Shown here: positions 52,346-64,000 of the stretch, one piece after another
Layout: each line of letters starts with the position of its first letter
Position numbering within the stretch: position 1 is the first letter of the stretch
Source: Protoeuglena noctilucae
Taxonomy: Eukaryota
Direction of reading: 5' to 3'
Assembly: GCA_958009085.1 (NCBI GenBank)
Contig: OY253686.1
Coordinates: 1-64,000 of the forward strand
DNA: 64,000 bases
The notes under the pieces: generated by a model
Told to the model about the DNA's origin: nothing
Database searches by the model: none
The model's input: the letters and a program-made list of their open reading frames with translations, nothing else
Translations under genes and position numbers: made by a program

Positions 52346-55070
52346 TCAGCACTCCTCCGAGAAAGCATAGAAGACCGGCACGCGGTCCACGGCGCCGACG
52401 CCGGCCGCGCCCGCCAGCGGGTGGCATCCGGCCGAGTCGATCGCAAGGAAGTCACCGACGCGCAGCTCGGGGAGCATCACGCCGCGCGCGACGACGTCCG
52501 GGCGATCGTAAGAAGGCCCGAAGACGTTGGAGGAGCGCTGCTTGGCGTCGGCGGGCAGCGGCTCGAGCGCCGGGTGGGGCAGGGGGCGGCACACGACGCC
52601 GTTCTTGCCCGCAGTCCCCTCTCCCGTCCCGTCCGACACCCAGTACTCGACGGGGGCGTCCTGGCGCGCGCGGCACCCCGAGACCTGGACCACGAGCGTC
52701 GTCACGTGCTGCGCCAGGAAGGCGCCGGGCTCTGCGTGGGCCGAGGGGGCAGTTGCGGTTGGGTCGAGGGTGCCATCGGGGTGTCATGCCGCAGCCGCCA
52801 CTGCATTCGGCATCCCGCACTCACCGGCGATGATCTCGTAGCCCCCATCGGCTGGGAAGTGCAGGTCGAGCGCTGCGTTGAGGGCGGCAGGGACACCCCC
52901 CGCGCTCATGCGGCCCGAGGGGTCCAGGGACAGGGAGAAGCCCCCGCCGATGTCGAGCACCGTCGGGCGCATGCCCCGGGCAGCGGCGTCGTCGAAGGCC
53001 CGGCGGGCGACGACCACCGCGTGCGCGAGGGCGTCCGCATGCATCGCGCCGTCGCCCACGTGCAGCGCCACGCCGGCCAGGGCGAGCCCTGACTCGGCGA
53101 CGGCGTCCAGCAAACCGGGGACGTCCCCCGGCGCTGCGCCCTGGGGCACGGCGCCCTCCTCAGCCGCCACGTCGATGCGCAGCAGCAGCCGGCAGCCGGG
53201 GTGGAGCTGGCGCAGCTTGGCAATCTCCCCGGCGCCGTCGAAGGCCACGAGGTCGACGCCGGTGTGGGCGAGGGCGCGGAGCTCGGCGGGGCGGCGCAGG
53301 GGGTGGGTGAGCACCAGCCGCGAGGCTGGGGCGCCGTGCAGGAGGGCGGCGTCGGCCTCGCGCCTTGAGCGGCAGGCGAACCCGGCCCCGAGGGCGGCGA
53401 GCGTGGCGAGGAGGCCCGGGTCGGCGTTGGCGCGGACGGCGTAGCGCGGGGCCACGCGGGGGAAGGCCTCGCGCCATGCGCGGAGGGCGCGAGCGGCACG
53501 GCCCAGGTCGTGGAGGCAGAAGGAGTCCTCCAGGGCCCTCTCGGGGAGCAGGCGCGACAGGAGGGCGTCGACAGCGGCGCGGGACCCGGAGGGCAGCGGC
53601 TCGGCACCCAGGGTGGCCAGCACACGCGCCAGGCCGGGGGCAGCGTCGGGGGTGCTGAGGCGGGCGGCGGCGTGGGTGAGGCGCGGGGAGGGCGGGGAGC
53701 CCTTGGGGGAGCCTGCGGGGGGAAGGGAGGGTAGGGGACGTGTGAGACAGCGACGTGAGACGGCCAGACGTGGGGGACGGATGAGCAGGCGAGATGCGTC
53801 AAGGTGACGTTAGGCAGGAGAGCATGTGAATGAGGCAACACCGTCGCCGCGCCCAGCCCTGCATCCGCGTCTCACCCGGGAGGTAGACGGGCGTGGCCGT
53901 GTCGCGGGAGGGCACCTCGGTGGGCGCGGGCACTCCGAGGTTGGTGTCGCGGATGAGGCGCTCGATGCCGCGGGGGGCCGCGGGGCAAGACCCGGCGAGG
54001 GCGGAGGGGTCCTCGAGGGCGAAGCGCAGGTAGGCGACGCGCCCGCCGCACCCGAGGGTCTGCAGGGAGACACCGTCGGGGCGGTAGCCGGGCGGGGCAG
54101 GGAACGTGAGCGGCAGCGCCTCCCAGGCGTCGGCGCCGTCCGCGTCCGTGGTGAGCGTGACGAAGAGGCTGCCCGGGAGGAACACCCCCGCGCACCCCGC
54201 CACCATGCCGGCCACGTCGAGGTCGGCCGGGTCCCAGTTGGATGCCTCGCAGCTGGCGTACGACGCCTGGGGCTCGGGGGTCACGTGGATGGTGCAGAAG
54301 CCGTCCTTCCAGAGCCCGTTCATGGAGTAGCCGCAGGGATCGAACACGTAATCGTCGATGTCGGCGTGGGGGAACAACGCACGCACGCCCGTCCGCTCGG
54401 TGCACTCCTTGGCGGACTCCCCGGGGAAGATGCGGCGGAAGCCGTCGGCCTGCGCGCGGCCCAGCTCCGTCATGCACACCTCCAAGGAGTAGCCGGGGCG
54501 GCGGGAGGCGGGCGAGGGGCTGCGCTCGCGGTCCGCCACGAACACGTGCCATTGCAGGCCGCGGCGGGCGTCCCCCAGCACGTAGGAGCGGGGCCCGTCG
54601 CCCAGGGACTCGAAGCGCGCGGTGAGGAAGGCGACCTCGGCGTCCCAGTCCTGGTACAGCGCCGGCTGCTGCTCCGGGAAGAGGAAGGACGCCCGGGAGT
54701 AGCGCACCCGGCGCAGGCGCAGGCCCAGGGCCTCGGCGGCGGCGGCGGCGGGGGCGGCGGCGGAGAGGAGCCGCGTGGTGCCGCACGTCTTGAGGACGAA
54801 CTTGTCCGCGTAGATGAAGAGGGAGGACTCGGAGAGCACGTACGCGTCGAAGGCGGCGCACGACCGCACCGACACGACCGTGCAGGCGGCCAGGTCCATG
54901 AGGGCGTCCACCTCGGAGCGCGGGAGGGCGCGCAGGCCGCGGGGGTCCGCGCCGGGGCCCATGTCGAAGTCGAGCTCCACCCGCTTCTCGCTGCCCTCGA
55001 ACAGCGGGGCGGGGAAGACGTCGTCCAGAGCGGGGACGAAGCCCTCCGCGGGAAAAGACGCCGCCATCAT
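52346..55070 (-). CDS. SAMDC: S-adenosylmethionine decarboxylase fused to a degenerate ornithine decarboxylase-like domain (822 aa)
   Basis: Exons 55070-53876, 53712-52825 and 52731-52346 join in phase with GT-AG. AdoMetDC motifs: FEGSEKR, LSESSLF, LKTCGTT, PCGYSMNG, TIHVTPE. ODC-fold motifs: YAVRAN, LHVG, LDIGGGF, IIAEPG, VFGPSYD. Confidence 0.92.
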
Positions 55071-55271
55071 GCTGAACGCGAGAGAAGACTGCGGGCGGCG
55101 GGAGTGCAAAAGGCGCTCGGGGCAGGGGAATTGAAAACGAAGCATGCGCAGCCGAATGCGAGCGCGTGTGCGCCCCACCTGCGCCTAGCTGGCGGGAGAA
55201 CCGGGCAGAGAGTCCGGCTCAAGATAAATGTTGTGGGAATTTGCTTGTCGATCTACAACCCCGTGGGGATG

Positions 55272-56140
55272 TTAGCTCGGGCGCTTCACGACCTGCGGCC
55301 ACAGAACCGGGCGGAGCGTCGTCAGCCGGCGGGGCATACGGACGAGGCGAGCGCACGCCCGTGCGAGACCGACGCCGACGCGGCGCTTGCGCCCCCGACA
55401 TGCCGGCGCGCGCGCACACTTATCCCCAGCCACACACCCGGCGAGGCCAGGACCGCGGCGGCCTCGACGCGCGATATAGCGGGCTCCCAACATGCGCGCG
55501 GGCACATCGGCGACCAAACACCATCGCACGCGGGGGAGACAAGCGCGCAGGGGGCCGCGCGGGCCCGGGGGGCCGCAGGCAGCCCTACCCGCCCCCGATG
55601 GCGCCGCGCCCTCCCCGCAAGGCGCATCCGAAACCCCGGCATGCAGGCAGCGGCTACATCATAGAATGTGCACGTAGGGCCGGCCGGGGGCCCAGGCAAG
55701 GGCGGCAGGGGATGGGGGAGCGCGCCGGGCCCTACGAGCGGCGCTGCGGCGCCCCTCACGTCGAACGCGGAGGCGTTCTTGAACTTCTTCCCGAGTCCCC
55801 ACGGGCGAACGTCGGCGATGAGCTCGGAGAACCCTGCGGGGTGGAAAGGCCCAGAACCCGCTCGGTGGCGCTTCCCAGGCGCGGGGAATGGCCCGACGGC
55901 GACTGAATATGCCCCCATTCCATCCACCGAGACATCGGCCGATGCGCGGCGCGCGCCGCGCCGCTTGTGGCGGCCAGGGTGGGGGGGGCAGCCTGCCGAG
56001 GCCACCGCCGCAAGCGCGCGCGGAGGAATGGGGAAGAGACCATTTAGCTGCGCGCCCCCCGACCCACCAGTCAGCTGGGCCCTCCGGAAGGACTTAAACA
56101 CGCGGCGAGAGAGTTTCGTGCTACCAGTCACAGATGGCAT
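55272..56140 (-). CDS. Conserved-peptide uORF (AdoMetDC leader peptide), three exons, 55 aa
   Basis: Exons 56140-56068, 55833-55760 and 55292-55272 give MPSVTGSTKLSRRVFKSFRRAQLTGFSELIADVRPWGLGKKFKNASAFDVVKRPS*. This resembles the plant SAMDC small uORF (GYSIEDVRP.GGIKKF....KPS*). Confidence 0.88.
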
Positions 56141-56373
56141 GGTCCTCGTATGCGTGAGGCCGTTAACAACGGGTGGGAAGGCCACTCAGCGACATAGCTT
56201 GGGCCTTGGCGCGGGGATTGGGCTCGAGAGGGGAAGGCGACGGCTTTGGACAGCCTGGCTCGACGCGCGGACAGCTGGAGTGCAGGAGTGGCGCAGGGTA
56301 CGGCGCATCGGCAGCATAAGGGCGCGCGGGAGCCTGTCGGACACCGTGTCTGACGGGTCGGACGGGTAATAAC

Positions 56374-58001
56374 CTAGGCCGCGCCAAAGCCAGCCCGGCG
56401 CGTCTCAGCGAGCCAGACGTGCAGGAGACGGTCGTAGAAGGAGCAAGAAGTTACGAGGCATCGACCTGAGGGGTCGCCGGGGCCCTGGTACCAGTCGACA
56501 CCGTATGCGAGATGGTCGCCGCCCTGGGCGTCGTAGCGCTCCACAATCTCGAGCCCCTGCTCCGTGCTAGGGACTCTGCGGGTCGAGGGTAGGTGGCGCC
56601 GCGTGGGCAAGCGACCTCGCGAGCCTCTGCATCACGGACATGCGGGCCCTGCTCGCACCTCGCGATGGCAAAGCCCGCGTGCATGCACGCCGCCAGCACC
56701 AGAGACTCGTCGCTCGGATGCCACTTGACGCGCCACACGCCGCCCCCCGTGTCCACGGCCTCGGCCAGCAGCGGCGCCGCGGGCATCCGGGCATCCCAGA
56801 CACGCAGGCGCTGGTCGTAGCTGCCTGCGCGGGTGGGTGGGGTAATGACATTAGCCACCGCTCTTACAATATGCCATGCATGAGCTAGCGGCGGGACAGC
56901 CGGGGCTGCCGTGCATGCGCGGGGAGGCTGGCCAAGGCATCGCGGCGTGTTGTCACCAGTGAGGAGCTGATGTTGGCGATGGGGGCTGCTCTGCGCGCAG
57001 CAGACGCCGGCGCCGTGTGCCCGGGAGTTGACGTGACACTCTTGCGCGCCCTGCCGCAAGTCCCACGTCTTGAGCTGCAGTGCACGGGAACACACACACA
57101 CACACGTCAGCGCCACCGTCAGTCAGCCCTGCATCCCCCTCGCCCGTCGGCTCAGCGGCGTCACCTTGGCGTCGTCCCCGCCCGTGTAGACCACGGATGG
57201 CGTCCAGTGGTCCCATGCCACACACCAGCACTCGAGGTCATGCCCTTTCCACCTGACCACCTCCTGCATCCCGCCCTCCCGCACCTGCACAGGTGCACCA
57301 GTGGAGCATGTTAAGGTGCCAATCCCTGAGTCGTCTCTCCCAGCTTTCATGCGACTTCTTGCCATCGCAGTATCCGCACCACCCCTCGCCTGCAACACAG
57401 CTGCCCCGCCCCCCGATGTGCTCACGGCCAGCTGCGCAGGATCGCTGGCGGGCCCCCTGCCCCAGTCGACTGTCACGCACATGTCTGGCCCCCCCACTTC
57501 CACTGATACCGCACGATGCAGGGACGCGGCCGGTGCCTCGCCTTTGCCACTTCCAGCCGCCCTCTGCACCTGCCACAGCGACACGCTGCCGTCTGCGCCC
57601 GCCATCGCGAGCAGCGCGCCCCCTTCGGACCTCGCCGTGGCCTCCGGTGCCCACTTTATGTCGAAGATGCCCGCGCATGGCTCGGAGTTCACGTCTGCCA
57701 GCGAGCAGGAGGCCAAACCCGAGTCACGTGGCCCCTGGGAGCACGTGGCGTGCGAGACACTTGTCACGATGCGTTATATTCACGTCAGAAGCCACGTTGC
57801 GGGTGCGAACGCGCTCCCTTCGCGGCAGCAACGCACCCGCAGCGCAAACAGATGAAGGCACCCGTCCCGCCGCTGCGTCTGGCTGTCGAGCTGATACGTG
57901 CCGACAGCCAGCAAGTCCTCCAGACCCGAGCTGGGGCAGAACTCCGCGCAGTCCGCGTTCAGCGGCAGCGTGCGGGCATCCAGCAGCGCCTGCCCGGCCA
58001 T
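56374..58001 (-). CDS. DPH7: Diphthine methyl ester hydrolase / WDR85-like WD40 protein
   Basis: NADCAEFCP..LAVGTYQL, GIFDIKW, HDLECW, YTGGDD, GSYD, GGGVWRVKWHP, LAACMHAGF, LAYGVDW and SCSFYD. Confidence 0.9.
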
Positions 58002-58476
58002 GGCGGGCGGCCGGCGCGTTCCCCGGACGGAGAGCGATTTGAGATTGAAGTGTGGGCGGTTACCCGAGCGCTGAATGAGATGCGGTCGTGCGGTGTCGCT
58101 GAAAATGGCGTTTCGCATCCCTACGCAGGGCAGCCCCCCGCCCCTGCGCCAGAGCGCCAGGAGTGACGCTATAATGACACGCGCTGACGCACCTGCCCTC
58201 CAGCTACAACGTGACTGCCACCGCGGCTGGCTTCGGGTCTCCGCGACGCACGACTGAGCCCCCTTCCCTAGAGCAAACTTAGCAAACTCGCACAGGAAGC
58301 GGCGGCCTCGCAGTAGCGCACAGCTTTGTTGGCATTCGTATATCCTGGTCTGCGTGTCTACTTCAGCGGCCGACGAGGCGCGGCCTCACCTGTTTGCGAG
58401 CGCATCGGTCTTGAGCTGATGCTGGGCCCTGCTGGCCTGGGCAGGCCACGAGGGCGGGGTGGGAGGTGGTGAAACC

Positions 58477-61400
58477 ATGTCAGGCTTGCGCGCGAGTCAA
58501 GAGGAGCGCATTCGCCGCAATGCGGAGGCGACAGCGCTGCGCAGGCAGAGGTGACATTCGCCGCCCCGCGTGCGCGGCCCTCCGCCCCCCCGCTCCGGCG
58601 ACGACGCATCGCGCGTTTGAGAAGCATACGAGCAGTCGACGCGCACCCCAGCGACGCCACCCATCTTCTCCCGCAGGCTGGAGGAGCGCATGCGTCAGGC
58701 TGAGGAAGAGGAGCGCGCCCGGGCGCAGGAGGCGCTGGTGAGACGCCGCGGCCTGTGTGCTCATTTCCAATCTTTCCGAAGCTGTCTCCGCGCTGGTCTC
58801 TTCCGCACGCGCCGTGCCGCGGCGGGCGTGGAACAAGTGTGTTCCCCGTGCCACGTCCGCAGATGCGACGCAAGGCGGAGCGGCAGCGGTCGGACCGTTA
58901 CCTCCGCGCCCCTGCGTCGCCCGCGCCCGAGCCCGAGCGCTCCTTCCTGCGCCGCGGTCAGGGCCGCGCCCGCGCACGCCCCTCGCCACCCCCAACAGCG
59001 GTCCCTGACCCCTGCGACGACGCCGCGGCTCGGCGGGCCAAGTGGCGCGGGGAGCTGAGGTGCGTGATGGTGGAGATGATGCTCATCTCATGCATGCGCA
59101 TGTCGTGGTTGCCGTGGCTGCCGTGGTTGCGGATTTGCGTCTGCCTCTCGGCTAGTCATTGGCAGCAGTGTCGATCACCGTGCAAGCACTGACCTGTTTG
59201 GCTCTCTTCCCCTGATAGCAGGGCGTACATTCAGGAGCAGAAGAGCCGCGTGCGCGAGGCGGGGGCGGCGGGGGACGGCAACCCTCGCGGGGCGGAGGTG
59301 GCAGTGGCGTCACGCGCGCAAGCGCCCCCCGTGCCACAGCCGCTCGTGCCACAGCACACAGGCAGGGGCCCTGCGCCGCGCATCGACTGGGGCCGCGTGC
59401 GGGCGATGGCGGAGGCGAACCTGGAGCGATTGCTGGGGGAGGGGGGTGCAAAGAGTGATGGTGGTGGTGTTGAGGAGCTGGGAGGGGCAAGGGCGACCGA
59501 TGCAGTTGCTACCCCCTCACAGGCAGCCCCTGCGCCTGCCCCTCACCCGGGCGGTCTGCGTCGCGGGGTGGTGTCGAGTGCGCGGTTCCGACCGGAGCCC
59601 GCGAGCCCTGCGTTGGGGGAGAGCGCCGAGGGGGGGAGGCAGGTGAGGGACGCATGGCATGAGTCATGCCACGCCACGCAACCGCACATGGGGTCAATGC
59701 ACTGTCCCGCTGCGTGTGCCCATGGCTAAGGGTGATTCTATCTGATGGGTATATGTGAAATACAATGCATATGACAGTCATGTCCCGCTCCTTTCCCCCC
59801 GCAGCTCCCCGTCGACGTTGCATCGTCGCGCGAGGGCCCCTCCCCCCAACCACGCTCACCCCACCCACCCTCGCCGCCACCCGCGCCACACCCCACCACC
59901 TCCCCCACCCCCTCTCCCCCTCCCACCCCGCCCCACCCCACCGCCCCCACCTCCTCCAGCCCGTTTAGCCTCCGCAACTGGGCTGCCGACCGGGACGTGG
60001 ATTTGAATCAAGTGGCGCAGGGACTGGGATCTACGGAAGATGCTTTGGTATCTTCATTCAAATTCCTGCTCAGCAGGGATGGGGGAGGGGCGGGCGCGGG
60101 TGCAGGCACCCCCCCACGCACGCCTCAGGTAAGCGGAGAGTGCTGGGGAGAGTGGGGGGGTGTCTGTGAAGGGGCAAGGGAGTCGATAGGTGATGGTGGT
60201 GGTTGTGAGTGGTGGTCGGTGCATTCGCGACGGCGGAGTGCGAGTGCAAACGGTCGTGGCTGGCATGCGGGAGGCGAGAGTTGGTTGGCATTAATGACGA
60301 CAGCAGGACATGACATCTCCGCAATCTACACTGTGCTCTTTCCCATCGCAGTTGACGGCGGCGGGTCAGGAGCTGGTGCGGAGCATTGTCAGTCTGGCAG
60401 CGTCGCTGCAGGGGGGTGAGAGGGGGGGTTCGGGGATCGAATCCCGCCATCTGCAATTGAGTCTCGAGGCTTCCATGGATGCACTGGCGGTGTCGCTGGG
60501 CCTGGGGGGGACGGGGGGGGTAACAGATATGGGGGGTGATGGTGGTGTGAGCGATGTGGGTGAGGTGGTGGGAACAACAGGCAGTGAGGTGGAGTTGAGA
60601 GAGGTACATGATGTGGTGGATGTGGATGCGGCATTAGCAAAGGCGGCGGAGGGGGCAGAGGAGACGCGGCGTGCGTTCCCTTGGCTGGCGTTTGGGGCGG
60701 GGAGGGGGCGGAGAGCTGGGGACAATGGGGGTGGGGGGAGTGGTGGGGTGCGGGGCGAGGGTGCGGGGGAGGGGGAGGGGAGAGGGGTTGAGGAGACTAA
60801 GGGTGGTGGGGATGGGGGTGCAGTGGATGGGTCACAAGAGGGTCACCAGCTTGCAAATCACCACGCATCACACCCGGCCATCCACCAGCCAACTCATCAA
60901 CCAATGCACCAACCCCATCAGTCAATGCACCAGGCATCCCACCACGCATTGACGCCAGCACCTGACCACCCCATGCACCCGCCACTGCGCCATGACTCGG
61001 CGTATGCGGGTCCGCCCTCCCCCCGCACGGTGCCCGCTCCCCTGGCATGGGACGTGCCTGTTACCACAGCTGAGCCACGCTCGGCAAAGGGCGGGGGCGA
61101 GGCAGTAGAGTGGGAATGGCGGGGTGGGGTGAGGGAGGGGCGAGGGGGGCATGCGGGGTGGGGAGGGGCGGGGGAGCGGGGTGGGGTGAGGGAGAGGGGT
61201 GGTGGAGAGGAGAGGGGTGGGAGGAGGCAGGGTGCTGTTACTACTACTACACAAGGGAGGAGTGGGGGAGAGGAGAGGAGTGCCCGACGGCGGCTCAGGT
61301 TCGGAATGCGTGACCACCCAACACGACCACGCCAGTGCATCGCTACCTGAACGAGCATTCCATTGGGTTGTGTAAAGTAACGTACCATCTCGCATGCCCA

Positions 61401-64000
61401 TACGCATGTAACAGTACTCATTTAATATATGGTATAACCAATCCCCTCTCCTTGGCTGGCCGCAGGCTGCATGCCGATGACCATCCCTCGCCCCCGCCGC
61501 CGCCCCGCCCCACCCCGCCACCCTCCCCTTCCCTCCAACGCCGCCGCAGCCCCGCGCCCTCCCCCGCCCGCCGCGCCCGCGCCGCACCGCCCCCTTCCCC
61601 CGCCCCGCCTCCCCCCATGCTATTCGTGCCTCCCTCTGTCGTGGTCGCCAAAGCCGCCGCTGCCGGCCACTCAGCGGCGTCCTCGCGATACTCTGCCTCC
61701 CCCGCCGCCACCCCCCTCGCATCGCCGGTGCGCGGGGGTGGGGATGGGGTGGGTGGCAGGGTGTGGGGTGGGGATGGGAGGGGGGAGGGTGCGGGGGTGG
61801 GTGGGAGTGCGGCGACAGCAGTGACGAGTGTGTTTGGGGTGGAGAGAGAGGGCGGTGGTGGGGGGTGGTGGTGGGGTGGGGAGAGAGGGTGGGTTGCGTG
61901 GGGGCGTGGGGGGGTGGCGTGGGAGTTACCGGGATGCTTTGGCAAAGCAACGGGCGATGGTGGGTGGCAGGGGTGGCAAGGGTGGTGGTGGGAAGCGGAG
62001 AGAGGGGGGTGGAGGGGAGAGCGGTGGGAAGGGGGAGGGGGAGGGGAGGGGCGGGGGCATGCAGGGGGAGAGTGCAGATGTGCGTGGGGGGGAGGTGCAT
62101 GGGTCGGGGGGTGGTGGGGAGGGAGAGCGAGCGATGGGGTTGGATGCGGGTGAGGGTGCGGGTGGCAGTGCGGGTGTGGGTGGCAGTGCGGGTGGGGGAG
62201 AGGCGAAGGGTGGGGCAGAGGTGGCGGATGTGGCATGGCAGGGAGTGGCTGATGTGCCTGAGAGTGCGGGGTCGTCACGTCCCATCGGGGGTGGCAATGG
62301 TGGCCGCGGGTGTCGTGGCGAGGATGGGGCGGATGCGTGGTTTGGGGGCGTGCCTGGCGCAGCGCTGGTGGGGGTGGGGAGGGAGGGGGATGCGGGCGCG
62401 GAGGGGCCGCTGGTCAAGGTGAGGATTGGAACATGCATGGGATGATCTATATGAGACTAGCAGCGTAGGTGACTGCTGAGCACTGACTGCGCTGTGCGTG
62501 TAGTCGCATGTTGTATGTGCGCTCTTGCACTGTCGTGGCGACATGCGATGCGAGAGGCAGGACAGTTCTTACTACTAGTTATCACCATGCATGTCAACAT
62601 GATATACTCTTTTGTATTCGCAATATCCGCAGAAGGGCAGTTTCCTGCGCGCTGCCATGGAGGCCCACCACCGCGCGGAGTGGGCCAGGGCAGAGCGGGC
62701 GCGCATCGCGGCAGAGCTGAGAGCAGCAACAAATGGGGCAGCGAGTGGGACAGCGGGGGATGCGAGGAGCGGTGCGGGTGGCAAGCCTGCGGGGGGAAAG
62801 GGGGATGTGGGCGGAGGGGCGGGGAGGGAGGGCAAGCGAGGGGCGGGGTTGGCGGTGCGGGCGGTGGGGCTGACGGAGGCAGAGCGTCAACTGATCGAAT
62901 CGCTGCGGAAACTCGACATCGCCGCGATACGGTGAGAGCTACGGGAGGGTAGGGGGTGTGGGTGTGGGTGTGGGTGCTGACTTGAGCTGACCCTAACAAA
63001 TCTCTCACTGCACCTCTATCACATCCCCTCTCTTCGCATTTACCACCATCCATCCTTTCTTCCTCTTTCTCTCTCTCAGCAAGGGCGTGCGTGTGCGTGC
63101 GACCGACGCTGCCGTGGCGGCGGGGGCAGGGGCGGCGGGCGTGGCAGATTCCACGGCAGAGGCGCGGCTGCGGGCGAGCATCGAGGCACTGGACAGGGTG
63201 AGAGGGGTGGAGATGGATGCAGGGAGCATGAGAGTAGCATGGATGCAATGATTGTGACCATGGCACTGCAGCTGCAGAGGGCAAGTGACGCCGAACGCAC
63301 CGATTGCAAAGCGCATATGTATGACATATGCTGCTCTCCTAATGTTAACCACACACACACCCCAATTCTACCCCTTCCCCCCCCCCTCACCCCCAGGCCC
63401 TCCGCTCCCGCTCGCCCTCCCCGTCCCCCCACGCCCACGCCGCACCCTGGCTGGCCCCACCCCCCGCCCCCGCCACCCCCGCCCTCTCCGTCCGCTCCGC
63501 CCCACCCAACGCCGCCCCCGCCCTCCCCACCCCCGCCCCTCGCGCCCCCGCCCCTCCGCCCGTCGCCCCCGAGCGCAGTGCTCCCTCCCAGCCCCCCGCC
63601 AGCACCGCAGCGGCGAGGGTGGCGATGGGCGGCGGGCGGCAGCTGGGGCAGCGGCTGGCGAGGGAGGCTGCGGAGGTGCGGAGGACGCTGTCGGACCGAG
63701 CGAGGCGCGACGCGGGGGCAGCGAATGTCAGAAACAACGCAACTGGCAACGCAGCAGTGTCGGGGCAGATGCCGCAGATGCCAAACATGCCGCAGATGCC
63801 GTCTGCTTGGGTCGATGCGGCGGCGTGGCACGCGGCAGCGTTGCGACCGTCTGCCACCCCACCCCCGGGCTGGCAACCGCACCCGCACCCGCACCCGCAC
63901 ATGCAAATGCACTCGCACATGCACCCGCAAGTGCAAGCGAATGCCGTTCCCTGGGCCCAGGCTGCTGCTCAGAGTGCCTGGCACCCACAGCAATGGGCAG
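58477..64000 (+). CDS. Hypothetical low-complexity/coiled-coil protein, multi-exon, continuing beyond the window
   Basis: MSGLRASQEERIRRNAEATALRRQR|LEERMRQAEEEERARAQEAL, plus later helical patches (LTEAERQLIESLRKLD, RLRASIEALDR) bounded by GT/AG sites. No family was recognised and the exon structure is uncertain. Confidence 0.5.

Noticed and set aside
56163..56195. Short ORF MSLSGLPTRC as the plant-type 'tiny' uORF
   Set aside because: It does not overlap the conserved uORF start and may lie upstream of the transcription start.

Overview
GC-rich, intron-dense eukaryotic nuclear DNA, most consistent with a flagellate green alga (CFAP57, a CtpA-type protease, a plant-type AdoMetDC leader peptide). 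All gene models were spliced by hand. Host-like genes are DNA polymerase epsilon, a cytochrome P450, a CtpA protease lacking an evident N-terminus, an EF-hand/ankyrin/anoctamin fusion, CFAP57, a LamG/pentraxin membrane protein, DPH7 and one unknown gene running off the right end. Four things stand out. (1) An intact AdoMetDC is fused to an ODC domain that has lost its PLP lysine and catalytic cysteine, downstream of a three-exon conserved uORF. (2) An island with AT-rich introns encodes MATH + intact USP deubiquitinase + eight 37-aa EsV-1-7-type repeats + a possible GIY-YIG-like domain. (3) A tandemly duplicated gene encodes a ubiquitin-like domain with an apparent second Ubl nested inside it, then LRLRGG, a Cys-rich domain and a RING-H2. 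(4) Splicing is unusual: about 20 GC donors, and exon-end/donor 'echoes' copied into introns of the LamG gene. No database searches were possible, so family calls rest on remembered motifs.
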